NCBI GenBank assembly: GCA_023410275.1
Contig: JAEYPZ010000059.1
Location: 20,137 to 84,136, forward strand
Length of the DNA stretch: 64,000 nucleotides
DNA from: Bacillota bacterium
GTDB taxonomy: Bacteria > Bacillota > Clostridia > Lachnospirales > Lachnospiraceae
Direction of reading: 5' to 3'
Part shown: in pieces, positions 39,333-49,191 of the stretch
Layout of the letters: every line of letters starts with the position of its first letter
Numbering within the stretch: the stretch's first letter is position 1
Notes under the pieces: model-generated
Seen by the model: only the letters and a program-made list of their open reading frames with translations
Told to the model about the DNA's origin: nothing
Databases searched by the model: none
Program-made: the position numbers and the translations under genes

Positions 39333-40229
39333 CTAATTTTTATCATCCGATACCGATTCAAGGCTTACCCTCTTACTTTTTATCTGAAAAACAGGTTGTT
39401 TTTTACAGGACAGTAAAAAGACTCCTTCACAGAGATGGGCTTCCTTTATAATGCGGCTCATTTTCCCTTTCCTGGGAGCATTCAAGTCATAGGAAGATAA
39501 AGCCGGGGATTCTTTTATTCTGATGCGCAAATAATAATCGCCCTGTCTTAAAATAATAAGAGCAGGTGTTACCTTTAAAATCCTTACGCCCAGATAAGTG
39601 GCAAGGCGGTATTCCTTTCCTTTGTAATGAATGGCGCAGATACATCCTGTAAACTGGGATCCCCACAGAGGAATATGGGCAACTGAGAGCATGATAGAGC
39701 AGGTATCTCCTGTAAATTCATTGCATTGCAGCCACAGATAGGAGCTGGGAAAGGAATGGCCCCAGTCTTTTTCAATATAGCCGGTACCTTTGCCGAAGGG
39801 GAGGGTCTTTTCATTCAGCGTAAGGCTTCCCGACAGGTGGTGGGACATGCTGATAACCTCATGCTTGCATTCCATAAAGGGAAAATACCGGAAGAATCCC
39901 ATGATGCTGTAGGCTATGGGATGAAGCCCGCAGTAAAGGAGAGTACCTTTTAATTTCAGGCCATCCATGTCTATATCCACCATGATACCTTCTTTGGTAA
40001 AGATGTTATTACCAAGGCGGATATAGCAGGCTCTCCTGTCAATAAAACATTCCTCCTGAGAGAAAGTAAGGCAGAAGGATTGGCTTCCCGCTATTATCTG
40101 AAGGAAAGGAGTTATGTCCCTTCCTTTTTCCCGGTTGATGCCGGGAATCAGGGCAAGTACTTCCTCCTTGTATTGGTGCTTAAAATACCAGCCTTCAAAG
40201 TATGGTTTCTGCTTCAGGGGATTCTTCAT
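39333..40229 (-). CDS. Tocopherol cyclase family protein
   Basis: YFEGWYFK, MECKH..SM.H, GYIEKDWG.SFP..Y.W. Confidence 0.82.
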   Translation of the reverse strand: MKNPLKQKPYFEGWYFKHQYKEEVLALIPGINREKGRDITPFLQIIAGSQSFCLTFSQEECFIDRRACYIRLGNNIFTKEGIMVDIDMDGLKLKGTLLYCGLHPIAYSIMGFFRYFPFMECKHEVISMSHHLSGSLTLNEKTLPFGKGTGYIEKDWGHSFPSSYLWLQCNEFTGDTCSIMLSVAHIPLWGSQFTGCICAIHYKGKEYRLATYLGVRILKVTPALIILRQGDYYLRIRIKESPALSSYDLNAPRKGKMSRIIKEAHLCEGVFLLSCKKQPVFQIKSKRVSLESVSDDKN

Positions 40230-41715
40230 GAAATTCCCTCCTTGCTATGGAGTCACCTGCCGGTTCATCTAAGAGTGTCCCGGTGTAGTCAAAGCGGGAA
40301 CCATGGCAGGGGCAGTCCCAGGTCTGCTCTTCTTCATTCCATTCCAGCTGGCAGCCAAGATGGGGGCACTTGGTATCTACTGCAAAAATTTTTCCTTCCT
40401 TGTCCTTGTATATTCCCACCTTTTCACCGTCAAGCTCAGCCACTCTGCCGGTTCCGGGCTCTATGGCAGACAGGTCCGAGGGAACGGGCTTTAATTTCTT
40501 AAGAACAAGTCCTACCGCACTGTGCTTTGTTTCATTAAGGAGGCTTGTTATGGAAGCTGTCAGCTTAAAACGCTGGGGAGAAAATACCTCTTCGTAAGGA
40601 TTTTCTTTTCCGGTAATCATGTCACTTAACAGATTGGCCGCTGCCATGGCAGTGGTCATACCCCATTTCTGAAAGCCTGTGGCAACATACCAATCCGGCG
40701 TCTGGTCGGAAAAACGTCCGATATAGGGAATGCCATCCAGTGTCTTGCAATCCTGGGCGGACCAGCAGTATTTCTCTTTCGCTTCCGGAAAATAATCTCT
40801 GGCAGCAGTACGCAGGGCTTCATATTGACCACCGGTCTTATTTTCCCCCGTCCTGTGACCGCTTCCGCCAAGAATCAGCAGATCTTCATACCTGCGGAAA
40901 GATAAGCCATCCTTCAGGTCCTCCTTATAGGTACCATCCAACGGATAGGGGGTCTCAAGTGCCAGGCAATAGGAGCGTTCCTGGTGCATACGGGCAAAAT
41001 AGTAACCGGGAGTAATCAGAAAGGGAAAGTGGGAGGTCATTATAATGTGCTTGGCTGTAATCCTGCCCTGTCTGGTTATAACGGTATTTTTATCAATGTC
41101 TGTCACTCTGGAATTCTCATAGATTGACAGAGGCTCGGCAATAGCCTGTACAAATTCCAGTGGATGAAATTGTGCCTGCCCCTGAAAGCACACAGCCCCC
41201 TTTATGGAAAAGGGAAGGGAGGTATTATCCGTAAATTTCGCGGGAATACCGCAGGCTATGGCAGCATCGACTTCTTTTTCGATGGAATCGCTGTTGGTGG
41301 TTGAGTATACATAGGCAGGAAGTCTGCTAAAGTGGCAGGAGAGGGAATTTTCCTTGATAAGGCTTTCATAGAGGGAGATTGCCTCCTCGTTGGCACTGGC
41401 ATAAAGAGTGGCTTTTTCTAGTCCGAAATCCTTTATCAGCTGGTCATAGATAAGCCCGTGGAGGGAGGTTATCTTGGCAGTCGTATTCCTTGTCTGGCCG
41501 GAAGCAGTCTTGCCTGCCTCCAGAATAATGCTGTCAACACCCTTTTTTTTAAGGAAGCTGGCTGTCAGAATCCCAGTCAATCCACCGCCGATGATTACAG
41601 CCTCTGCCGTACCTTCTCCCTGCCATTGCTGTCTTTCTTTTATAAAAATATCTTTTTCCCATAATGAAGTAAAGCGATTACTTGGCATATTGATTTCCTT
41701 TCTGAATAAAACCAT
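40195..41715 (-). CDS. FAD-dependent oxidoreductase with C-terminal Rieske 2Fe-2S domain (YhfW-like)
   Basis: IGGGLTG, TTAKIT, KWGMT, CPHLGC...WDCPCHGSRF. Confidence 0.9.
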   Translation of the reverse strand: MVLFRKEINMPSNRFTSLWEKDIFIKERQQWQGEGTAEAVIIGGGLTGILTASFLKKKGVDSIILEAGKTASGQTRNTTAKITSLHGLIYDQLIKDFGLEKATLYASANEEAISLYESLIKENSLSCHFSRLPAYVYSTTNSDSIEKEVDAAIACGIPAKFTDNTSLPFSIKGAVCFQGQAQFHPLEFVQAIAEPLSIYENSRVTDIDKNTVITRQGRITAKHIIMTSHFPFLITPGYYFARMHQERSYCLALETPYPLDGTYKEDLKDGLSFRRYEDLLILGGSGHRTGENKTGGQYEALRTAARDYFPEAKEKYCWSAQDCKTLDGIPYIGRFSDQTPDWYVATGFQKWGMTTAMAAANLLSDMITGKENPYEEVFSPQRFKLTASITSLLNETKHSAVGLVLKKLKPVPSDLSAIEPGTGRVAELDGEKVGIYKDKEGKIFAVDTKCPHLGCQLEWNEEEQTWDCPCHGSRFDYTGTLLDEPAGDSIARREFHEESPEAETIL

Positions 41716-41798
41716 TATTAGGATAGGATTTCCTTTTTAATAAAATATAAACATTCAGAAGTAATCTGATGGGAAAAAGGATGGAAAAGTCAATCACT

Positions 41799-42212
41799 TT
41801 ATTTCATATATAATCCGATTAGCTTCATATCGGTATCAAAGCTTATGGTAAAGTCAACCTTCTGTTTTTCATAATTAGCAACAACAATGGCGACAGCACT
41901 ATCTTCTTTCGTGGATTTTACTTTCTGTCCAAGAATGGATACACTCTTATACTTATTGAATTTACCGGCTTTGCCATAGGTCTTGGCGGCGGCATCCTTT
42001 AAGCTGCCGGCGGTTAATTTTTCCTTAAGGTCATCCCGGAACATGCTTACAACACTGTCATAATCACCGTTATTGAGATCTTCTATCACTTGTTTTGCAG
42101 ATTTTTCAACGGTGTCTTTATCAAAAGAATCCGATAATTTTGTGGAAGAGCATCCATTTAATAAGGCAGCGCTCATAACCACCAGCAGGAATAGTGCAGT
42201 TAATTTTTTCAT
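41799..42212 (-). CDS. DUF3887-like lipoprotein
   Basis: Lipobox LNGC; NTF2-like pattern ending FDTDMKLIGLY. Confidence 0.7.
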   Translation of the reverse strand: MKKLTALFLLVVMSAALLNGCSSTKLSDSFDKDTVEKSAKQVIEDLNNGDYDSVVSMFRDDLKEKLTAGSLKDAAAKTYGKAGKFNKYKSVSILGQKVKSTKEDSAVAIVVANYEKQKVDFTISFDTDMKLIGLYMK

Positions 42213-42287
42213 AATAACTCCTTTCGTGAATCACAAATCTTTGATTTGTGATTCCTGATTCTACTATTAAATGTTAAGTTACGTCGT

Positions 42288-43082
42288 TTATAGCCCATCA
42301 TTTTCCAAAGTGTTTCTTTCATGCATGGTCTCTGCAGGTGCTTCTTTTCCATGGCGTTTAAAAAGCCAAATTCCGAAAGCTAGTACCATAAAAGAGATAA
42401 TCATAACGTATAACTCGAGCCCAATAGTACCAATGGCGAAGGCAGCAGGCAGAATAACTATCATGCTGTCTGTCAGACCATGAAGCAATATGGACAGTAT
42501 TACATAACGGAAAGCCTTGTGTACTCTGATTCCATACAATACCACTAAGGTTGCACCAATATGAAAGGATATGGCAAATATCCTTTCGATGCCTCCAAGC
42601 AGGAGAGTCAGATATCCACTGCCTGCCAGGTTAAGATTTCCCATCGGGTATAAGATCAGCGCTGCAATACTGTTAATGCCCACCAGGAGCATAGCTTCCA
42701 TTCCACCGTGTCCAAAGCCAAAGGCCAATCCGTCTGTAAGGCTGGTACGGCCTTTTAAAAAGTATTTAAGGAAAATAAGACGGGCGCTCTCTTCAAATAC
42801 CCCCGCGCTTAACCCTAAAAATAAACCGTAGGCATAGGTCTGTACCTGCAGGGATAAGAACCATTTAAAATTCGGAAGTACGAGCTGGAGCAAGGGAATC
42901 CGTAAAAGCATCTGGCTTATAACAAAGGCTGCCATTCCAAGAAGAAAAGGCTTTAGAACCCGGTCCGCTCTCCTTCTGAGAAGTAATATACCTATGATAG
43001 GTATTCCAAAACATAAGAGTGCATCAAATAGCAAGCATAATTCTTGTAATAAAATATTGTTCTCCCCACTCATATTGAACAT
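42288..43082 (-). CDS. YhfC family intramembrane metalloprotease
   Basis: AGVFEE.AR, GFGHGGME, ER..A..FH, LHG; start uncertain. Confidence 0.85.
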   Translation of the reverse strand: MFNMSGENNILLQELCLLFDALLCFGIPIIGILLLRRRADRVLKPFLLGMAAFVISQMLLRIPLLQLVLPNFKWFLSLQVQTYAYGLFLGLSAGVFEESARLIFLKYFLKGRTSLTDGLAFGFGHGGMEAMLLVGINSIAALILYPMGNLNLAGSGYLTLLLGGIERIFAISFHIGATLVVLYGIRVHKAFRYVILSILLHGLTDSMIVILPAAFAIGTIGLELYVMIISFMVLAFGIWLFKRHGKEAPAETMHERNTLENDGL

Positions 43083-44313
43083 CTCCTTTATAATCTTTTA
43101 CAACTCTTTCTACGTTTTTAAGGCCAAGGCCTTCATGGGCTTCCTTAGTTGTTACTAAGGTGTCACCATGCTTTACAGGGCTTTGTGCCATAGAATTCTT
43201 AAGAATGACGGATATAAAATCATGCACCACTGCAACACGGAGTATAATCTGTTTTCCATCGCTAAGAGTTGCTGATTCTATGGCATTATCAAGAATATTG
43301 GCAAAGAGGGTCGTAATATCCACATCCCGTATAAAACTTAAATCAACGTTCGAAATCTTGATATCCGGGTTAATCCCAAAAGCCTGCATGGCCTGAACCT
43401 TATCATTTAAAATAATATTGAGCATTTTACTGCCGGTATAGTATTTCAGCCCAAGTTGATTTAACATATTGTGTATGTCCTTTGTGTATCCACAGCCCTC
43501 TTTATTCTCCTGCTCCTCATAAAGGTGTTCCATAGCCTGTATATGGTTGCGGATATCATGAATCAGATTTCTGGTATTGCCGTATTTCTTTTCTAAATTC
43601 TCATAATAGCGGGTCTGAATGACCTGCTGCTGCCGGTATAGATTTAATTCATTTTCCAGATGGTTGTTATTGGCTATGATATCAAAGACACTGGTGAAGT
43701 AAATATTTAAGCCAAACAGCATGGCAATATTTACTTCCAGAAGAATAATAAATTCTTCCGACACGTATATCTGGATAAAAAACATCATGCTGAGCAGGTT
43801 GATAATACTGAATACAGGCATTATAAAGGAACTTACCATCTGCCTTATGGTTATCTGAACGTGATGTTTTTTGCGTATTACGGCAACCAGTATTTTTAAA
43901 ACCAGAAATTCGATAAAGCGTATGGTAAGGATAAGAGTCATATAATAAATCTGCTTCTGGATAAAATAGATGAAGTTATTTTGAAACAGCAGCTGCAAAA
44001 GAATGATTGATAAAATGTCGGTTAAATATAATGCAATAATAAAACCTGTGTAATAGACGATGTATAAGCGAAGATTATTATACAGAAAGTGTCCGATTAC
44101 AGGAATGAGCATAAGAATCAGAAGGTTAATCAGGCCATTACCCAATAAGGAGAAAGAGACGGACAGTATGATATAAGCCGCAACAATTATGTTTTTCTTA
44201 AAGCTTCCCACATTAATATTGGTACCGATACGCTTCATGCTGTAAAATGTGAAGTATACGATAAATATACTTCCAAGTAAGGGCAGGATGGTATAAATTA
44301 AAATATCCGTCAT
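43024..44313 (-). CDS. GHKL (AgrC/VirS-like) multi-TM sensor kinase
   Basis: 6-7 TMs, HDIRNH, NILDNAIE, HEGLGL. Confidence 0.88.
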   Translation of the reverse strand: MTDILIYTILPLLGSIFIVYFTFYSMKRIGTNINVGSFKKNIIVAAYIILSVSFSLLGNGLINLLILMLIPVIGHFLYNNLRLYIVYYTGFIIALYLTDILSIILLQLLFQNNFIYFIQKQIYYMTLILTIRFIEFLVLKILVAVIRKKHHVQITIRQMVSSFIMPVFSIINLLSMMFFIQIYVSEEFIILLEVNIAMLFGLNIYFTSVFDIIANNNHLENELNLYRQQQVIQTRYYENLEKKYGNTRNLIHDIRNHIQAMEHLYEEQENKEGCGYTKDIHNMLNQLGLKYYTGSKMLNIILNDKVQAMQAFGINPDIKISNVDLSFIRDVDITTLFANILDNAIESATLSDGKQIILRVAVVHDFISVILKNSMAQSPVKHGDTLVTTKEAHEGLGLKNVERVVKDYKGDVQYEWGEQYFITRIMLAI

Positions 44314-45020
44314 ATATGTAATCCCATCCCTTCCGATAAATAGCGGTTTAATGCCCTTCTAAATTCCAAGGATTTTTTTTGTGACAGCGGAACGGTCAGT
44401 CCATTAATCAGGTAAATATCATATCCTTTGATGTTCTTCACGGAATAGAGATTTACAACAAAGCTTTTATGAGGCATATAAAATCCTTTCTCTTTCAGCT
44501 GGACTCCAAGGTCTGTAATTTTGCATTTTAAGATATAAGTATCTGTCTTACTCCTAAGATAAACCTTACGGTTTTGATATTCAAAGTACAGGATATCCTT
44601 GGAGTTGATCCTTAGAATACCCTCAGTTGTATGGAATTCCAGCTGCGGATCAGCGGGAAGCTGCATGTATTCAAAAGCCTCATCTAACTGCTTATACAGC
44701 TCCTCCTTTTTTAAGGGCTTTAAAAGGTAGGCAAAGGCATGTACGGCAAATGCAAATACCGTATAATCACTGTAATTGGTTATGTAAATTAATCTAACCT
44801 TTTTGTCTCTCTGCCTGATAAGGCGGGCTGTTTCAATTCCGTCTGTTTTGGGCATATCAATATCCAGAAGGATAATTTCATAGCTTCTTGTACTTTCAAG
44901 CAGTGCTTCCCCGCTAGTAAATGTATCAATGCAAAAATCCACCTCCGGATACTCCTTCAGTAATGTTTCCGTCTGCCGCAAGACTGCCGCTTCATCGTCA
45001 CAGATTGCAATCCAAATCAT
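44310..45020 (-). CDS. LytTR-family response regulator
   Basis: IAICDD, LDIDMP, YLLKP, HKSFVVN; start set at MIW. Confidence 0.9.
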   Translation of the reverse strand: MIWIAICDDEAAVLRQTETLLKEYPEVDFCIDTFTSGEALLESTRSYEIILLDIDMPKTDGIETARLIRQRDKKVRLIYITNYSDYTVFAFAVHAFAYLLKPLKKEELYKQLDEAFEYMQLPADPQLEFHTTEGILRINSKDILYFEYQNRKVYLRSKTDTYILKCKITDLGVQLKEKGFYMPHKSFVVNLYSVKNIKGYDIYLINGLTVPLSQKKSLEFRRALNRYLSEGMGLHI

Positions 45021-45063
45021 TGTACTCCCCCAATAATCCTTTCTATGTTGGCGCCATAAGCAC

Positions 45064-45133
45064 ATTATAATCAGCCGGGTAAAAAATGCAATGCAGATTG
45101 CATAAGGTACGGTGTTTCGTGCGTAAGGTATGG
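45064..45133 (-). promoter_or_regulatory. LytTR-type direct repeats plus promoter
   Basis: Minus strand TACCTTACG-N12-TACCTTATG, just upstream of TTGCAT-N16-TATAAT. Confidence 0.7.
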
Positions 45134-45246
45134 CATTCATTTCATAATAAGTATAGTATAACTTATCTTACCATCTGCTATGGTAAGATACAAACCTGCT
45201 TCAAAAAGAGCAGGGCAAATGAGTGAAATATTTTAATGGATATACG

Positions 45247-45491
45247 CAGATGACCAAGGAGTTTATTTTGACATTTTGTATCGAGAGGTTCCTTATATGA
45301 CACTTAAGCTGCAGGAAATGTGGCTAGGTAAGCCAGTGCCACTGTTTGAGCGCTGGAAACTTGCGCATCCATATTTGCTACAGCGAGTTTGGCACTGGCT
45401 TACCTTTTCAGTCACATTTTCTGCAGGTTTAGTGGAATAGGAACCTTGAGCAACAAAAGGTCAAAATAAACTCCTTGGTCATCGTCCGTTT
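45247..45491 (+). repeat. ~240-nt rod-like structured element, copy C
   Basis: Same architecture as copies A and B; shared 5' leader from ~45211. Confidence 0.85.
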
Positions 45492-45573
45492 CCAAGAACC
45501 TCTCAAGGCAAATTGACAATGCACGTTATATCCTGTATAGTTAGGAATATTACGTGAAGGACAGGTATTCATC

Positions 45574-46329
45574 ATGGAAATAAACATCACCACCTTTTTG
45601 CTTGTCTGCCCTATGGTTTTCCTGGCAGGGATTATTGACTCCATTGCAGGCGGAGGAGGACTGATATCCCTTCCGGCCTATATGATTGCAGGTGTACCGC
45701 CCCATTATGCCCTCGGAACGAACAAGTTATCCTCCTGTATCGGAACCGCTGCTTCAACAGCAAGATACATAAAAAATAAAACCGTCAATTACCGTATTGG
45801 AACCGTTTCCGTAATCCTGGCTCTGGGAGGTTCCTTATTGGGAGCCAATCTGGCACTTTTGGTAAAGGAAGAAATTATCAAAAATCTGCTGCTCTTTGTG
45901 CTGCCCTTTACCGCTTTCTTCGTACTCAGGAGCAGGAAAACAGAGGAAGGCAGAACTCCTTTATCAGACAGAGCTACCTTTATTATAGCCTGTACAGCCT
46001 CCTTTATTATTGCCATTTACGACGGCTTTTACGGACCCGGTACCGGCACCTTTCTTTTATTATGCTATACGGCCCTTGCCAGAATGGATATTAAGACTGC
46101 TTCCGGTAATACCAAGCTGGTCAATCTGTCCTCCAATATCGCAGCGCTGATAACCTTTCTTCTCCATGGTAAACTGATCCTGCTCTTAGGCCTTACCGCA
46201 GCTGTATTCAGCATTGCAGGCCATTATATCGGTTCCGGCCTTGTACTAAAGAAGGGCTATACGATAGTAAAACCCATTATGATACTGGTGCTGGCATTAT
46301 TGTTTGTGACACTTCTGTTGGAAAGATAG
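45574..46329 (+). CDS. TauE/SafE (TSUP) family transporter
   Basis: DSIAGGGGLISLP, GTNK, YDGFYGPGTG. Confidence 0.9.
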   Translation: MEINITTFLLVCPMVFLAGIIDSIAGGGGLISLPAYMIAGVPPHYALGTNKLSSCIGTAASTARYIKNKTVNYRIGTVSVILALGGSLLGANLALLVKEEIIKNLLLFVLPFTAFFVLRSRKTEEGRTPLSDRATFIIACTASFIIAIYDGFYGPGTGTFLLLCYTALARMDIKTASGNTKLVNLSSNIAALITFLLHGKLILLLGLTAAVFSIAGHYIGSGLVLKKGYTIVKPIMILVLALLFVTLLLER

Positions 46330-46472
46330 ACCTAAAATATTGATTGATCATCTCTTTTCAAATAGATTACTTTTGGTATGAATATAGAGATGTTACAGAA
46401 AAAAATTATGAAGTTAATAATAAGAACCCCTGTGAAAAAGAAAATTCAATTTCTTTTCCGCAGAGGTCTTGT

Positions 46473-47366
46473 TTACGCTCTGAAGCCGCGTCCGATGATT
46501 TCACTGGTATTGGTAATCAGAATAAAGGCTTCCGGCTCGGTTTCCTTTATGAATCTCCGAAGCTGTACTGCCTGGCTGCGGTTCATAACGGTAAAAATGA
46601 TTTTCTTTTCCTGATGGCTGAAAGCACCCTTGGCATCGCTTATGGTAGCACTCCGGTGAAGGGTATTTAATATAAAATCCGAAATTGGTATTGGATTCTC
46701 ACATATAATAGTCAGATATTTATGGAGATTCAGATTTTCAATAATGGTATCCACCATGGTTGATTTAATTAAAAGGCCCAGTAAGGACAGTAAGCCTGTC
46801 TTAACGTCAAATATGAGAAAGGAAGCCAGCGTTAGAATAAGGTCGGAGAAAAATAAGGACTTCCCGATATCTATGTTGGAATATTTCTTTAAAATCACTG
46901 CGATAACATCGGTTCCTCCGGTTGAAGCGCCAATATTGAACAGCATGGCAGCACCAACGGCAGGGAGCAGCACGGCAAAAGCCAGTTCCAGCATGGGCTC
47001 GTTCGTAAGAGGAGCTTTCATGGGATAAACTGCCTCCAGCAGGCTTAAAGAAGCGGACATCAGAATAGTTCCGTAAGCGGTCTTGTTGCCAAAGCTTCTT
47101 CCGATAACGACGTATCCGATAACAAGCAGAATCATATTAATAATAAAAACAACGGTACTGGTGCTTATTTTAGGTCCCAGAAGGCTGCTTAATAAAATAG
47201 CCAGACCGGTTACACCGCCGATTGAAAAATTATTGGGAAATTTAAAGAAATATACTCCAATAACCACTAACTCAACTCCTGCGGATATAAACAGGTATTC
47301 TTTTAAATTATCCAGCAGTTTCTTTTTCAGTTTCACAAGGTCCTCCTTTATATACCCAGAGAGCAT
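46473..47366 (-). CDS. YitT family membrane protein
   Basis: GGVTG, ASTGGTD, C-terminal DUF2179-like region ending IIGRGF. Confidence 0.88.
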   Translation of the reverse strand: MLSGYIKEDLVKLKKKLLDNLKEYLFISAGVELVVIGVYFFKFPNNFSIGGVTGLAILLSSLLGPKISTSTVVFIINMILLVIGYVVIGRSFGNKTAYGTILMSASLSLLEAVYPMKAPLTNEPMLELAFAVLLPAVGAAMLFNIGASTGGTDVIAVILKKYSNIDIGKSLFFSDLILTLASFLIFDVKTGLLSLLGLLIKSTMVDTIIENLNLHKYLTIICENPIPISDFILNTLHRSATISDAKGAFSHQEKKIIFTVMNRSQAVQLRRFIKETEPEAFILITNTSEIIGRGFRA

Positions 47367-47567
47367 ATCCGGCTGCGGCAGCTATGGGGAAAAATGGCCG
47401 CAATAATAGATATTTACTGCGTATTTAGCATTTGTAATTCTATGCTCTTTCATTCACGGACCCCATATCTCAAAGGCTTTTAGGTCCTAAGATAGTATGA
47501 TAGTAACATAGGAAAAAGTCAAGATGCATTGGAAAATTTTTATGGAAAAGAGATATGAGAAATAATA

Positions 47568-47588
47568 TCATGGAAAATATTTCCATGA
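47568..47588. promoter_or_regulatory. Candidate LacI-family operator
   Basis: Perfect palindrome TCATGGAAA-ATA-TTTCCATGA among several TGGAAA half-sites upstream of the LacI gene. Confidence 0.45.
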
Positions 47589-47773
47589 AAATTCTTCCCT
47601 GGGAAATACTTCTTATAAAGGAGCAGCCGTTAAAAAGGGGAAGTGCCGAAAAAGGTGCATAAATTATAGGAATATCGGTGTCCCTTATTATTAACTTGAC
47701 GGGATAATGCAAATTATATTATGATTACAGTGCAAAGGACAAACAGAAAAAAGTTACTATGAGGGGTCAGGTA

Positions 47774-48799
47774 ATGAGTGAGAAGGCAATAACGGTATAT
47801 GATATAGCGAGGGAAGCAGGGGTATCTCCTGCAACAGTATCCAGAGTATTGACTAATAATGCCAGAGTAAGCGAAGAAAAAAGGCAGAGAATAGAAGAGT
47901 TAATTAAAAAATATGATTTTGAGCCTAACGGACTGGCAAGGAGCTTAAGCAAACAGGAAACCAAAACCATCGGGATGATAGTGCCCGATATAAGAAATCC
48001 ATATTTCTCCAATGTTTTTATAGAATGTGAGATGCTGGCCTCCCAATATGGCTATAATATGATACTTTGCAATACGATGAATGATCTTACCTCCGAAATG
48101 GGACATCTTAAGAACCTGTGTGAAAAGCATGTGGATGCCATTATACAGATGGGTGGTAATGCCGATGAAATCGAACCAAATATCGAATATGTGAATTTAA
48201 TCAATAAAACAGCCAGGAAAATGCCCATTGTAGCAGGGGGTGAATTTCCCGGGGCGGAATGCTATAAGGTCTACACGGAAAAAGAGCATGGAATGGGCAA
48301 GCTGATTGACTATCTGATTCAATACGGACACAGGAGAATTGCTCTGATAGGCGGACGTAATACGGTAATACCTACAGTGCGGAAAAGGGAATCGCTGAAG
48401 CATTATCTACAGATTTATAATTTGGAGCCGGACCCTGAACTTATTACGGACAGTGATTATGGAATTGAAGGCGGATATGAGTCAATGAAAAAGCTCCTTG
48501 ACAGAAATAATATACCCAGTGCCATTATTGCGGTGAATGACCAGGTTGCCATAGGAGTAATGAGAGCTTGTGCCGAGAGCAAAATCAGGATTCCTTCCGA
48601 TGTATCCCTGGTTGCCTTCGATGATACGTATTTCTCTGAAATTGCAATACCCCAGCTAACTTCGGTTAACTATAATTTAAAGCTGCATTCGGAGAAAATG
48701 ATGGCAACCATCATAGACAGTATTAACGAAAATGAGACGGAAAGGGTTAAATCGGTTGAGACTTTTCTGACGATTCGTGACTCCTGCCAAAAGATATAG
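47774..48799 (+). CDS. LacI-family transcriptional regulator
   Basis: TVYDIAREAGVSPATVSRVL, ARSL, IPSDVSLVAFDD. Confidence 0.93.
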   Translation: MSEKAITVYDIAREAGVSPATVSRVLTNNARVSEEKRQRIEELIKKYDFEPNGLARSLSKQETKTIGMIVPDIRNPYFSNVFIECEMLASQYGYNMILCNTMNDLTSEMGHLKNLCEKHVDAIIQMGGNADEIEPNIEYVNLINKTARKMPIVAGGEFPGAECYKVYTEKEHGMGKLIDYLIQYGHRRIALIGGRNTVIPTVRKRESLKHYLQIYNLEPDPELITDSDYGIEGGYESMKKLLDRNNIPSAIIAVNDQVAIGVMRACAESKIRIPSDVSLVAFDDTYFSEIAIPQLTSVNYNLKLHSEKMMATIIDSINENETERVKSVETFLTIRDSCQKI

Positions 48800-48819
48800 G
48801 AGTTGCTTGCCTGATACTC

Positions 48820-49186
48820 CTAAACAATGGTCTTTGTCTTCCATTTTCCGCCTTTAAAGCGCAGGTAATAGGTAATGCCCCGAAAAAGCTCATCCATGGC
48901 AAAGGCTATCCAGCAGCCGGTGAGTCCGAGGCCAAATACAATAGGAAAGAGCTGAATAAACTGCCTGAAAACAGGAGAAGGAGACGCAGATACGAAAATA
49001 CAAAACCGCTTGCCCCAGCAGCTCTCCCTTTAAATGCATCAGGGAAAGTAAGGGGACGGCAGCCAGGGCCAGGACAATACCCAGTAATATACTGAAGGAG
49101 GCACTGAATAGAATGGAAATGACACTGGAGTCAGCTGCCCTTTCCTTCTTGCCGGCTCCTAAATTCTGGCTGATAACAATGGAGGC
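48820..49186 (-). pseudogene. MATE efflux transporter remnant, 5'-truncated and internally deleted
   Basis: Minus strand ASIVISQNLGAGKKERA...YFRIC..FQAVYSALS joined out of frame to IVFGLGLTGCWIAFAMDELFRG..YLRFKGGKWKTK*. Confidence 0.78.
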
Positions 49187-49191
49187 ATCCT

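Noticed and set aside
45211..45246. c-di-GMP-I riboswitch suggested by CAGGGCAAA..GAAA
   Set aside because: The second GCAAA and P2/P3 pairing are missing; the sequence is better explained as the rod element's shared leader.
45341..45390. Canonical hammerhead ribozyme core in the rod element
   Set aside because: CTGTTTGA/GAGTT differs from CUGANGA/GAAA and forms a two-way internal loop rather than a three-way junction; it cannot be called without an assay.
45429..45644. 71-aa minus-strand ORF and the many other short antisense ORFs in the track
   Set aside because: They shadow well-supported genes or repeats and have no RBS or motif support.
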